A stretch of DNA of 60,382 nucleotides, counting the filler. It is 3 parts of 3 records of this genome, joined end to end, with 100 filler letters (N's around TTAATTAATTAA, not from the genome) between each part and the next. Parts side by side here need not be neighbours in the genome. Positions count along the whole stretch, not along the records: positions 18,090 to 39,229 come from SRR20825006_169; 2 more parts are not named here. One strand, given 5' to 3'. The translations under genes and the position numbers were made by a program. Under the pieces are notes generated by a model that saw nothing but the letters and a program-made list of their open reading frames with translations, was not told the origin of the DNA and did not search any database. Of the stretch, positions 19,485 to 28,836 are shown one piece after another; positions within the stretch are counted from its first letter, which is position 1, and each line of letters starts with the position of its first letter.

Positions 19485-19800
19485 AAAAACGGTTTGAGTT
19501 TTTGATTAATGAACTATATCCCACCACTAAAGCCTTAACCTTTAAAATTCTGCTAAAAAAGCAAGATTCAAAATCAGTAAATCTTCTGTAAATCCAGTGA
19601 GAGACGAGCCCTAAACTTATCGATATAATTTTCTCAATATCTTAAAAAAAGCTTAAAAACTTAAAATTTTAACAAAATGAAGCAGACGTTATAGGAATGT
19701 GCTAATGTTTTTGCACAATTCGCAATTTAAGCGTTATTAAATAAGAAGTTGGAAATTATGGGCTTTTGGTTTTACCAAATTGATATTTACCCAAATCAAT

Positions 19801-19828
19801 AAAAAAGCCCGAATGAAAATTCGGGCTT
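19801..19828 (-). terminator. Intrinsic terminator after GH28
   Basis: AAAAAAGCCCGAAT-GAAA-ATTCGGGCTT hairpin with a U-tract on the minus strand. Confidence 0.75.
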
Positions 19829-19864
19829 GGTTAGCTCTCTAAACACTAAGCAACGCGACTAGTT

Positions 19865-21256
19865 TTATTCCGTACGTTTAAAATTCTCAACATTTTGATG
19901 AATCGTTTCGGTATCCCGAATAGAATCAACCTTGATATTATTTAATTGAATATCTCGCACCGGCAATTCTGCTTCACCCAAAATTTGCGAGACAAAATCA
20001 ACATTTTCGGCTTTGATATTTTTCATATGTATTTGTTCAATCTGCGTCAAACGGCGCTCGTAGGTAGGCACGAGATCACGCCACTGGTACAGCACATCGG
20101 TTTCAATACCCAGTACGCCCATATCAATTCTTCCGGCTTTGATATTTTCCATATAAATATTCTTTACATACCCTCCTCGCCGCTCGTTAGTCTTTATAAA
20201 GAGTAAATGATTGAGTTTTGCATTGGGTTCAACTTCACAATTTTCCATATAAATATTTTCAACCCCGCCAGAGAGTTCGCTTCCTATGGCTAACAACTGG
20301 TGCCCGTTTTTAACCAGACAATTACGTACAACCACATTTTTTACCGGAGTATTAAGACGCCAAGCATCCTGATTACGGCCTGCTTTAACCGCGATGGCAT
20401 CATCGCCCTGATCAAAAACACAGTCCTCAATAAGTACATTTTGACTCATTTCAGGATCCACTCCGTCATTGTTATGACCATGCGCATACACATTTACATT
20501 TCTGATGACTACATCAGAAGATAGGTAGGGATGAATCACCCAAAACGGACTATTTTCTATCGAAATACCTTCTAAAAGTACTTTTTTACAACGGTTAAAC
20601 TGAATGAATTGCGGTCTGAAATTAGCCGAATCATTGACCATCTGGCGCTCTTCTACCGGCACGTCTTTAGAAGCCATCTCATAAAGCTGCTTCAGGTTTT
20701 GCATATGACCAGATGGGCGTGCAAACCATACTTTCCAGGTATCCATTTTGGCCTTTAACTTACCTTTGCCAGTGATGGCAACATTTTCACAGTCGTAAGC
20801 ATAAATCAATGGTGAGTAATTGTAGCATTCCATCCCTTCCCAAGTACTCAGCACCGCAGGTAAATAATCTTGTGGGTTTTCTGAAAAGAGCAATGTAGCA
20901 CCTTCTTCCAAATGTAGATTTACGTGACTCTTAAAATGAATTTTTGAAGTAAGCCACTCCCCTTTTGGAATAACCACCGTTCCACCATTACGCGCGTGCG
21001 CACTGTCTATGGCAGTAGCGATAGCCTTTGAAGTTTTGTCTTGATCAGCCTGCTCTGCACCAAAGTCGGTGATTAAAAATTGCGGCGCGTTCTTAAAATC
21101 CGGAATTTGTATGTTGTAATTGCCAAAAGGAGCCGTGACATTCAGCGTATCGATAGTTAAGAAATTTTCTGCGGAAGTTTTAGTTTCCTTTTGATTTTTA
21201 CAAGAGAACAGACTGATGAGGAGTGTTACAAGTAGCGTGCATTTTAAGAGCTTCAT
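19865..21256 (-). CDS. GH28 polygalacturonase-family lipoprotein
   Basis: Lipobox LFSC, FRPQFIQF, NSPFW, HNNDGVD, GDDAIAVK, GH, IGSE, IK motifs. Confidence 0.92.
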   Translation of the reverse strand: MKLLKCTLLVTLLISLFSCKNQKETKTSAENFLTIDTLNVTAPFGNYNIQIPDFKNAPQFLITDFGAEQADQDKTSKAIATAIDSAHARNGGTVVIPKGEWLTSKIHFKSHVNLHLEEGATLLFSENPQDYLPAVLSTWEGMECYNYSPLIYAYDCENVAITGKGKLKAKMDTWKVWFARPSGHMQNLKQLYEMASKDVPVEERQMVNDSANFRPQFIQFNRCKKVLLEGISIENSPFWVIHPYLSSDVVIRNVNVYAHGHNNDGVDPEMSQNVLIEDCVFDQGDDAIAVKAGRNQDAWRLNTPVKNVVVRNCLVKNGHQLLAIGSELSGGVENIYMENCEVEPNAKLNHLLFIKTNERRGGYVKNIYMENIKAGRIDMGVLGIETDVLYQWRDLVPTYERRLTQIEQIHMKNIKAENVDFVSQILGEAELPVRDIQLNNIKVDSIRDTETIHQNVENFKRTE

Positions 21257-21561
21257 AATTAAAAGTTTGTTGGAAAAGTACGTATCTACACGCTTCCATA
21301 TATCCTGTTCTTACCTGTAATTCGAAGATTGTAAATGACCTCGTCTCAAGTCAAATACATTAATACGTTAGCAGAGGGGATGAACCTTAAACTTTCAGAA
21401 TACATTACCCTACACGTTCATTACAACGAATATTTTATCATTTCAACTAAATCTCTCATATATAATTTCTTACTGCGCGTTCAAATTTTTAGCTTTAGAA
21501 AACGTTGTAATTCGTTTAACCACAGCAACCAACAAGAATTTTAAACCTAAGCCTAACCCGA

Positions 21562-21978
21562 ATGAATTTAGTTTATCAAGGAAATAACAGTCTTGTAGAT
21601 AGTGCGGTGCGCCGTGCTACTCAAGTCATCAACAGTTCGTTTTTTCAAAAACATCTTTTAGAGCATTTAAATAATGACGATGCACAATTGACTCAGCAAT
21701 TATTGCATCACATCAATACCTCAACCCATGAGAATTTGATCATACATACGTATTGGAATGTTTTAAAGCGCGATAAAATTACCTTAACCACAAACCCTGA
21801 TACCTTGCGCATCAACTTGGCGCATTTTAGAAAATCGAGAGGACTTATTTTAGAACAAATAGTGCGTAATTATACCCTATTAGAATTTAAAAAACTGAAG
21901 GCAAATTTTACTGAAAATGCTTCTCGTGATGAGATTTTGGCGTCTAGAATTTCGTCGTTAGCGAATGTGTATGCGTAG
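21562..21978 (+). CDS. Hypothetical protein
   Basis: 138-codon ATG ORF filling an otherwise intergenic region. No family recognised with confidence. Confidence 0.6.
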   Translation: MNLVYQGNNSLVDSAVRRATQVINSSFFQKHLLEHLNNDDAQLTQQLLHHINTSTHENLIIHTYWNVLKRDKITLTTNPDTLRINLAHFRKSRGLILEQIVRNYTLLEFKKLKANFTENASRDEILASRISSLANVYA

Positions 21979-22166
21979 CAAGGGTTGTTTATTGCGTATT
22001 CAAAAGAACAAAAACAACTCAATTATTTAATTATCAGCTATTTAAATCCAAAAATACACCGCTAAAAAAACGTTTATTTTTTTGAAAAAATAGTATCTGA
22101 TTTTGTTGCACGAATTAGAATTTAAATTACATTCGCTCGCATTTTTAACGCAATAAATCACATTCT

Positions 22167-22382
22167 ATGAAACGCAATATTTTAGCTGGTTTCGCACTGA
22201 GTTTAATGATCACTGTTTCTTCTTGTAGAGAGTCTGCAGAAGCAACTACTGATGAGTCTATGCAAGAAACTTCAATGGAGGAAGTAACTCCTGAAGCTCC
22301 TGTTTTAGAAGAAGCTCCTGTTGAAGCTCCTGCTGAAGTTGTAGTTGACAGCGCTGCTGTTACTACTCCAGAAGCTGAATAA
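22167..22382 (+). CDS. Small acidic Glu/Ala/Pro-rich lipoprotein
   Basis: Signal peptide with lipobox VSSC, low-complexity EEAPVEAPAE tail, biased codons, terminator downstream. Confidence 0.8.
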   Translation: MKRNILAGFALSLMITVSSCRESAEATTDESMQETSMEEVTPEAPVLEEAPVEAPAEVVVDSAAVTTPEAE

Positions 22383-22411
22383 TCAAGTCTGTTTTTCAGC
22401 TTTTAAAACAT

Positions 22412-22439
22412 ACAAAGCCTTGCGGAAGCAAGGCTTTGT
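22412..22439. terminator. Terminator-like hairpin between convergent genes
   Basis: ACAAAGCCTTGC-GGAA-GCAAGGCTTTGT, perfect 12-bp stem. Confidence 0.75.
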
Positions 22440-22443
22440 TCTT

Positions 22444-24003
22444 TTATGCCAATTGGTATTTTTTAGCGATCGCATCTACGCAATTAATCCCGTCGATGGC
22501 TGCAGACATAATTCCGCCGGCATAGCCTGCTCCTTCTCCACACGGATACAATCCTTTAACTTCAATATGTTCTAAAGTTTCCGGATTTCTAGGAATAGAA
22601 ATTGGAGACGAAGTACGACTTTCGGGCGCGTGCAATACGGCATCTTTTGAAAGGTATCCCGGCATTTTCTTATTGAAAAGCACAAACGCTTTCTTGAGTC
22701 GGTTTGCTATCAATTTTGGAAGTACTTTATTCAAGTCGGCACTTACAATTCCCGGTTGATAGGAAGTCTTCGGAAAGTCATTACTTAATCTTCCGTTTAC
22801 AAAATCAGTCATACGTTGAGCCGGAACTTGTTGTGTTTTCCCACCCGCAATCCAGCAGGCACGTTCCACTTCCTTCTGAAAATTCAAGCTAACAAAAGGA
22901 TCATCTGGAGTATAATTGGGTAAATCTTCAGGTGCTACACTTACTACAATTCCAGAATTGGCGTACGGATTATTTCGTTTACTAGGACTCCAGCCATTGG
23001 TAACCACTTCTTCCTGTTGGGTTGCACAAGGCGCGATGATTCCACCGGGGCACATACAAAATGAATATACGCCCATCCCATCTACCTGCTCCACCAGACT
23101 GTAAGCGGCAGGCGGCAAATACGGATTGTCAGTTTCCCCGTGATACTGAATATAATTGATCACTTCCTGCTGATGTTCGGCGCGTACACCCAGCGCAAAA
23201 GGTTTGGCTTCGATCTTCACACCTTTGTCGTGCAATAAATAAAAAATATCTCGAGCTGAATGCCCGGTCGCCAGAACCACCTCATCAAAAGCATATTGCT
23301 TTTCTTCATTGATCACAATGCCTTTTAAGACCTTATTTTCAATCTGAAGATCCGTGAGTTTTGCATTAAAATGCACTTCTCCACCTGCCGCAATAATCGC
23401 TTCCCGCATTGTCGAAATTACTTTTGGCAATTTATTGGTCCCGATATGTGGATGCGCATCTACCAAAATATCTTCGTCTGCACCAAAATGCACCAACCAT
23501 TCTAATCCTTTAAGCACATTACCGCGCTTTTTTGAACGGGTATATAATTTACCGTCAGAATAAGTTCCGGCGCCTCCTTCCCCAAAACAATAATTTGACT
23601 CAGGATTTACAAGCTGGTCTTTATTGATCTTTGCAAGATCTCTTCGGCGCTCGCGCACATCTTTTCCACGTTCAAAAACAATGGGCCTCAAGCCGGCTTC
23701 AATAGCGCGCAAAGCTGCATACAATCCGGCAGGACCGGCGCCTATAATGGCAATCTTTGGTGCATTACTTACCTCTTTCGGTACGAAACGATTCAAAGGT
23801 TCGCGTTGTTCGCCTTGCTGCCAAATTTCAATCTGCAATTGTAATTTTACGGGCTTATTTCTAGCATCAATAGAGCGCTTTCTAATACGCCAATCGGTCA
23901 CAGATACCGCTTTGATCTTCGTTTTCCCCAAGGCTTGCTGAAGAATGTATTCTCGATTTTCCAGCAGTTCTGGTCTAATCGTAATTGAGGTAAGTGTACT
24001 CAT
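22444..24003 (-). CDS. NAD(P)/FAD-dependent oxidoreductase (uncharacterised FAD-dependent dehydrogenase family)
   Basis: IIGAGPAG, FGEGGAGTYSDGKLYTR, HPHIGT, SFCMCPGG, ESRTSSP, GEGAGYAGGIMSAAIDG. TATATTTG (24010-24017, minus) supports ATG 24003. Confidence 0.88.
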   Translation of the reverse strand: MSTLTSITIRPELLENREYILQQALGKTKIKAVSVTDWRIRKRSIDARNKPVKLQLQIEIWQQGEQREPLNRFVPKEVSNAPKIAIIGAGPAGLYAALRAIEAGLRPIVFERGKDVRERRRDLAKINKDQLVNPESNYCFGEGGAGTYSDGKLYTRSKKRGNVLKGLEWLVHFGADEDILVDAHPHIGTNKLPKVISTMREAIIAAGGEVHFNAKLTDLQIENKVLKGIVINEEKQYAFDEVVLATGHSARDIFYLLHDKGVKIEAKPFALGVRAEHQQEVINYIQYHGETDNPYLPPAAYSLVEQVDGMGVYSFCMCPGGIIAPCATQQEEVVTNGWSPSKRNNPYANSGIVVSVAPEDLPNYTPDDPFVSLNFQKEVERACWIAGGKTQQVPAQRMTDFVNGRLSNDFPKTSYQPGIVSADLNKVLPKLIANRLKKAFVLFNKKMPGYLSKDAVLHAPESRTSSPISIPRNPETLEHIEVKGLYPCGEGAGYAGGIMSAAIDGINCVDAIAKKYQLA

Positions 24004-24050
24004 AGACTGCAAATATACTTGCTATTTAGATCATCTCATGTGCTTCGATA

Positions 24051-24080
24051 AAAAAAGGCCTTGCGCATCACACAAGACCT
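24051..24080 (-). terminator. Terminator of the laminarin-type PUL
   Basis: Minus strand AGGTCTTGTG-TGATG-CGCAAGGCCT followed by a U-tract (stem includes G-U pairs). Confidence 0.6.
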
Positions 24081-24110
24081 CAAAACAAACAACGTATTTA
24101 TGAAACTAAA

Positions 24111-24878
24111 CTAAGGTTCTAACTGGTATACTCGTACATAATCTATCGCATATTCCTGCGGAAAGATGCTATCATCAACTTCAGGACCTCCGAAGTTTCC
24201 GCCAATTGCCAGATTAATAATGAAGTAAAAAGGCTGGTCAAACGGCCAAACTGCTTTGGTCTTATCTTCGGGACTATACACAAAGACCGATTGATCGTCT
24301 ACAAAAAACTCAATTTGCTCCGGTGACCACTCTGCTGCATACAGGTGATAGCCCTCTTCAATATCCTCAAACTTCGTTTTTTTACTGAAGGCACTATCAC
24401 CATGTCCCGCAGGCACGTGTAAGGTGGTGTACACCATATCTTCTTCTCTCCCCACGTACTCCAGAATGTCGATCTCGCCACAAGCCGGCCAGCCTACTTC
24501 TTTAATATCGCTGCCTAGCATCCAGAATGCAGGCCAGATCCCCTGTCCCACCGCTACCTTTGCACGCGCTTCCATTCTACCGTACTGAAATTCGTGTTTA
24601 CCTTGTGTGGTAATGCGGGTTGAAGTGTAACGATCTCCTTCCTTTTTTGCGGTAATGATCAACTTACCATCTTCAAGACGGTGATTCTCTTTCGTATAAA
24701 CTTGACGCTCGTTATTTCCCCAACCACAAAGATTAGGGCAACCGTCACCGAGTTCAAAATTCCACGAGGTGAGGTCTAAGGCATCGCCGTTAAACTCATC
24801 AGACCACATCAATTTGTGCTCTTGTGCGCGAACTCCAAAACTGATTATTGCTATAAAGACTAGAATTTTTTTCATCAC
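24111..24878 (-). CDS. GH16 endo-beta-1,3-glucanase (laminarinase type), secreted
   Basis: WSDEF, GWGNNE, YTSTR, WPAFWMLG, GEIDILE catalytic motif, NLAIGG, DYVRVYQ. Confidence 0.92.
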   Translation of the reverse strand: MMKKILVFIAIISFGVRAQEHKLMWSDEFNGDALDLTSWNFELGDGCPNLCGWGNNERQVYTKENHRLEDGKLIITAKKEGDRYTSTRITTQGKHEFQYGRMEARAKVAVGQGIWPAFWMLGSDIKEVGWPACGEIDILEYVGREEDMVYTTLHVPAGHGDSAFSKKTKFEDIEEGYHLYAAEWSPEQIEFFVDDQSVFVYSPEDKTKAVWPFDQPFYFIINLAIGGNFGGPEVDDSIFPQEYAIDYVRVYQLEP

Positions 24879-27154
24879 TTTTTATATTGAAAGCTTTCTT
24901 CTTTTAGATCTCTTGAATTACTTCCCAACATCACTTTGAAGCTTCCTGACTCTGCTTCCCAAATATTGTTAGCAGTATAGAATTCTAAAGTTTTTGCTGA
25001 AATTTTAAACGTCACTTTTTTGGTTTCTCCGGGATTCAAGCTTACCTGCTTAAAGTCGCGCAATTCCTTGACCGGCCGTGTACGGCTTGCAACCAAATCT
25101 CTAAGATACAGCTGTACTGTTTCTTTACCGGCAACGTCTCCCGTATTGGTCAATTCAATAGCTACCTCTAGTTTTTCTTCCCCTGAAAATTCACTTGCGC
25201 TTAAGCTGATGGGTCCATATTCAAAGGTCGTATAGCTCAACCCAAAACCAAAAGGAAACAAGGCTTCACGCGAACTGTCTTGATAACCCGAATACGTAAC
25301 CATATTGCTTGCGGGTCGTCCCGTGTTCTTTTGATTGTAGTATAAAGGTTCTTGTCCTACATTTCGTGGAAAAGAAACCGGCAATTTCCCTGACGGATTA
25401 TAGGCTCCAAAAAGTACATCTGCAATGGCATTACCCGCTTGTGAACCTAAAAACCAGGTTTCTACGATCGCCGGAACTTGTTCGTTAGGTTTACTAATAT
25501 CTAACGGACGGCCATTCATCAATACCAAAACTACGTTAGCGTTTACTTTGACCACCTCATCAAGCAATTCTTGCTGCACACCACGTAATTGAATGCCGGT
25601 TTGACTACGGCCTTCACCGGTTTGAAAAGCATCCTCTCCCAGCACCATAATAACCACCTCAGACTTCTTGGCGGCTTCAATAGCTTTAGCAAAGCCGGAA
25701 GTATCAGTATCATTGATTTCTAGCGGCATCAAGAAACTACGTTCTCCCATTCCTAAATCGGCACCTTTAGCATAATTGATTTGAACCTCGTTGCCTACAG
25801 CTTTTTGAATTCCTTCTAAAACAGAAACTGCCGAATTCTTATCAGCCTGAGCGCGCCAGTTTCCTAATGGGGAATCTTTATCATCTGCCAACGGACCGAT
25901 CACTGCAATGCTTTCTAAGGCTTTGCTCAATGGTAAAACCGAATTTTCATTTTTGAGCAAGACGATGGATTTACGTGCGATATCCCGGGCAGCTTCAAGG
26001 TGTGCTTCCGCAAGTAATACTTCTTGTTCGCGTTGGGTATCACTGTATTTATACGGATCTTCAAAAAGTCCCAGATGAAATTTCACTCTTAAAATACGTC
26101 GTACCGCATCATCTAGAAGGGCTTCGTCAATTGTATTTTCATTCACCAAAGGCTCCAGCGCTTCTTCATACACACGGCCTTCCATATCCATATCACTACC
26201 GGCAACTACAGCCAATTCGCCCGCCTGCATTTTATCTTCAGCATAGCCATGCGGAATTAGCTCAGCAATAGAACCCCAGTCTGAAACCATAAAACCTTTA
26301 TAATCCCAAGCGCCTTTTAAAATATCGCGCTGCAAGTAGGATGAAGCTGTTGAAGGCACCCCATCGATCTCGTTGAACGAATTCATAAAGGTTGCCACAC
26401 CAGCTTCGGCAGCGGCTTTAAATGGCATCAAAATCGCGTTTTGCAACTCAGAAGTACCTACGTTTACCGTGTTGTAATCTCTGCCTGCTTCGGCAAAGCC
26501 ATAACCTGCAAAATGTTTTGCACAAGCGGCAATGGTGGCAACATCTGCCAAATCGCTGCCTTGAAAACCTTTAATGCGTGCCACACCGGTCACCGCATTG
26601 AGATAAGGATCTTCACCGGCACCTTCCATAATACGGCCCCAGCGTGCATCGCGAGACACATCGATCATCGGTGCGAAAGTCCAGTGCACTCCGGCCGCGG
26701 CTGTTTCTTTAGCGGCGATACTTGCACTTAATTTCATCGCGTCGAGATCCCAGCTTGCGCTTTCTCCTAAAGGCACCGGGAACATGGTTTTATAGCCGTG
26801 AATCACATCATAGCCAAAAAGCAACGGAATTTTCAGTCTTGAGTTTTCCATTACGACTTGCTGTGCTTCGCGGGTAGCTTCAGCAGTGAGTACATTCAGC
26901 ATAGAACCTACTTCGCCATTCTTGAGTTTTTGAAGTTTCGTTTTAGAGTCGATATCAGATGGCGCACCGGTTACATCAAAGCTTCCGTTGTATTGCACCA
27001 TTTGCCCAACCTTTTCCTTTACCGTCATCAATTCTAAAATCGAATCAATTTTGTGCTCAACTACAGGATCCAAATCGTTGATTCCTTTGGTTTGGGCTTC
27101 TGACGCAAAGAGCGGTGCAAAAACTGCGATCAATACAATTTTGAACTGTTTCAT
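24875..27154 (-). CDS. bglX: GH3 beta-glucosidase
   Basis: DVIHG, RDARWGR, KHFAGYG, SDW nucleophile, SIVLLKN, NPSGKLP, FPFGFGLSYT. Confidence 0.93.
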   Translation of the reverse strand: MKQFKIVLIAVFAPLFASEAQTKGINDLDPVVEHKIDSILELMTVKEKVGQMVQYNGSFDVTGAPSDIDSKTKLQKLKNGEVGSMLNVLTAEATREAQQVVMENSRLKIPLLFGYDVIHGYKTMFPVPLGESASWDLDAMKLSASIAAKETAAAGVHWTFAPMIDVSRDARWGRIMEGAGEDPYLNAVTGVARIKGFQGSDLADVATIAACAKHFAGYGFAEAGRDYNTVNVGTSELQNAILMPFKAAAEAGVATFMNSFNEIDGVPSTASSYLQRDILKGAWDYKGFMVSDWGSIAELIPHGYAEDKMQAGELAVVAGSDMDMEGRVYEEALEPLVNENTIDEALLDDAVRRILRVKFHLGLFEDPYKYSDTQREQEVLLAEAHLEAARDIARKSIVLLKNENSVLPLSKALESIAVIGPLADDKDSPLGNWRAQADKNSAVSVLEGIQKAVGNEVQINYAKGADLGMGERSFLMPLEINDTDTSGFAKAIEAAKKSEVVIMVLGEDAFQTGEGRSQTGIQLRGVQQELLDEVVKVNANVVLVLMNGRPLDISKPNEQVPAIVETWFLGSQAGNAIADVLFGAYNPSGKLPVSFPRNVGQEPLYYNQKNTGRPASNMVTYSGYQDSSREALFPFGFGLSYTTFEYGPISLSASEFSGEEKLEVAIELTNTGDVAGKETVQLYLRDLVASRTRPVKELRDFKQVSLNPGETKKVTFKISAKTLEFYTANNIWEAESGSFKVMLGSNSRDLKEESFQYKK

Positions 27155-27169
27155 CGTTTTTCTTTCAAA

Positions 27170-28816
27170 TTAATCGCGCTGGTAAACACGTACGTAATCT
27201 ACTTCCATAGCGCTCTGAGAAAAAGAGGCATCGACAGCTCCACCAAGGTTTCCGCCCATTGCGACGTTGAGGATCATAAAGAAATCTTTGTCAAAAGGCT
27301 TGGTTTCGTCATTTTGAAAAATATGATACAACTCGTCATCTACGTAAAAACGAATTTGCGTCTCAGTCCATTCTGCCGCATACACGTGGAATTCGCTACT
27401 TACCGTTTCTACCGTTGTTGCTTCTGAAATTGCATTAGCACCTGAATTCCCAGGGAAATGTAGCGTAGATAACACCTCATTTTGATTACGACCTACGTGC
27501 TCCATAATATCGATCTCTCCGGCTCCCGGCCACGCATTGGTCTGATAATCTGCTCCCAACATCCAGATCGCAGGCCAAGTACCAACACCTTCAGGTAACT
27601 TAGCTCTGATCTCATAACGACCAAAGGTAAATTCCTGCAAACCTTCTGACTTTAAACGTGCCGAAGTAAAGTCAAATCCCATATAACTTTCGCGTTGCGC
27701 AGTGATCTTTAATACTCCGTCCTCAACCACTACATTTTCGCTTCGGTCTGTATAATATTGTAATTCATTATTTCCCCAACCTGCTTGACCATTACCTAAA
27801 TCATAGGTCCAGTTTGCAGGATCAGGAGCACCGTCAGTGTCAAATTCGTCTGACCAAACCAAATTAGGAAAGTCATCTTCTTCCGCTTGCGGTCCGCTAC
27901 CTTGCACCGGTTTTTCAGCAGTTAAAATGATATACCACGCCAAACCTTGATCGTTACCCTGTACTGCTCTAAGCAACATTCGGTTTTCGGTAAGCGAAAG
28001 AATTTCATATTCATTGGTACCAATATAATAGCCTACAAAACCTTCGTTACTAATGGTCATTGTTGTACCGCGCTTACGCTCAGCAGCAACAACAGATTCT
28101 GATGGTGCTAAACTCACCGCACGCTCGCCTGATGTATCAAACTCATAACAGCTATCGTCGGGAGATTGCCCATTAACCACGCTCGCATAGCTTCTATTAA
28201 AGAAACTCGCCCCGTTGTTATCATACTCATAGGTCAAATCTTCACCGGTCGTGGTACTGAAAATAAACTCATCGTCATACGCACAGGTCGCCGCTGGAAT
28301 ATTAGCCAACGCAAAAGGCTCTGTGAATGAAAAATACGCCCAAAAGTAGTTTTGCGTAGCATCATCATTATTAGGCCCCACGCCCAAATGGTTAGGCTCA
28401 TTTGCTGCCCAATACCAGGTTTTGCTTCCGCCGCCGGTTAACAACTCGATCGCTTCTGGGTCTGAGAAATCACTTTCTACGGTAACTTCTACCAACCTTG
28501 AACTGTTCACACCACCCTGACCGTACGCCATTACAGTCACTTGATAAGTGTTGAGTCCGGTTTTTGTAAAGCGCTTTGTGTACACTCCACTTGGCGCAAC
28601 CGCTGTGGTTCCATCAGGAAAAGCAAACCTGTAGGTCACCGCATTGTCTGCGGTTGCGGTAAAGGTTACGTTTCCTGAGCCGTCTTCTGTCACATCCATA
28701 GTTACCTCAAGATTTTGAGGCACCAGAATTTGCTCCAAAGTATTGTCATCATCCTGACAGCCTACTGCTAAAAACAGCAGTAAGCAATAGGATGTTATTT
28801 GAATTATCTTTTTCAT
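27170..28816 (-). CDS. Multimodular GH16 lipoprotein (PKD-like, glucan-binding and GH16 domains)
   Basis: Lipobox AVGC. C-terminal WSDEF, GWGNNE, WPAIWMLG, GEIDIME, DYVRVYQ. Confidence 0.9.
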   Translation of the reverse strand: MKKIIQITSYCLLLFLAVGCQDDDNTLEQILVPQNLEVTMDVTEDGSGNVTFTATADNAVTYRFAFPDGTTAVAPSGVYTKRFTKTGLNTYQVTVMAYGQGGVNSSRLVEVTVESDFSDPEAIELLTGGGSKTWYWAANEPNHLGVGPNNDDATQNYFWAYFSFTEPFALANIPAATCAYDDEFIFSTTTGEDLTYEYDNNGASFFNRSYASVVNGQSPDDSCYEFDTSGERAVSLAPSESVVAAERKRGTTMTISNEGFVGYYIGTNEYEILSLTENRMLLRAVQGNDQGLAWYIILTAEKPVQGSGPQAEEDDFPNLVWSDEFDTDGAPDPANWTYDLGNGQAGWGNNELQYYTDRSENVVVEDGVLKITAQRESYMGFDFTSARLKSEGLQEFTFGRYEIRAKLPEGVGTWPAIWMLGADYQTNAWPGAGEIDIMEHVGRNQNEVLSTLHFPGNSGANAISEATTVETVSSEFHVYAAEWTETQIRFYVDDELYHIFQNDETKPFDKDFFMILNVAMGGNLGGAVDASFSQSAMEVDYVRVYQRD

Positions 28817-28836
28817 GATATCTTATAATTTAATTC

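Noticed and set aside
15425-21256. GH28 as the missing glycosidase of the uronate PUL
   Set aside because: The two lie on different contigs separated by a linker and differ in composition, so the proximity is artificial
21335-21544. 69-aa ORF in the GH28 upstream region
   Set aside because: No recognisable motif and it occupies a divergent promoter region, so probably spurious
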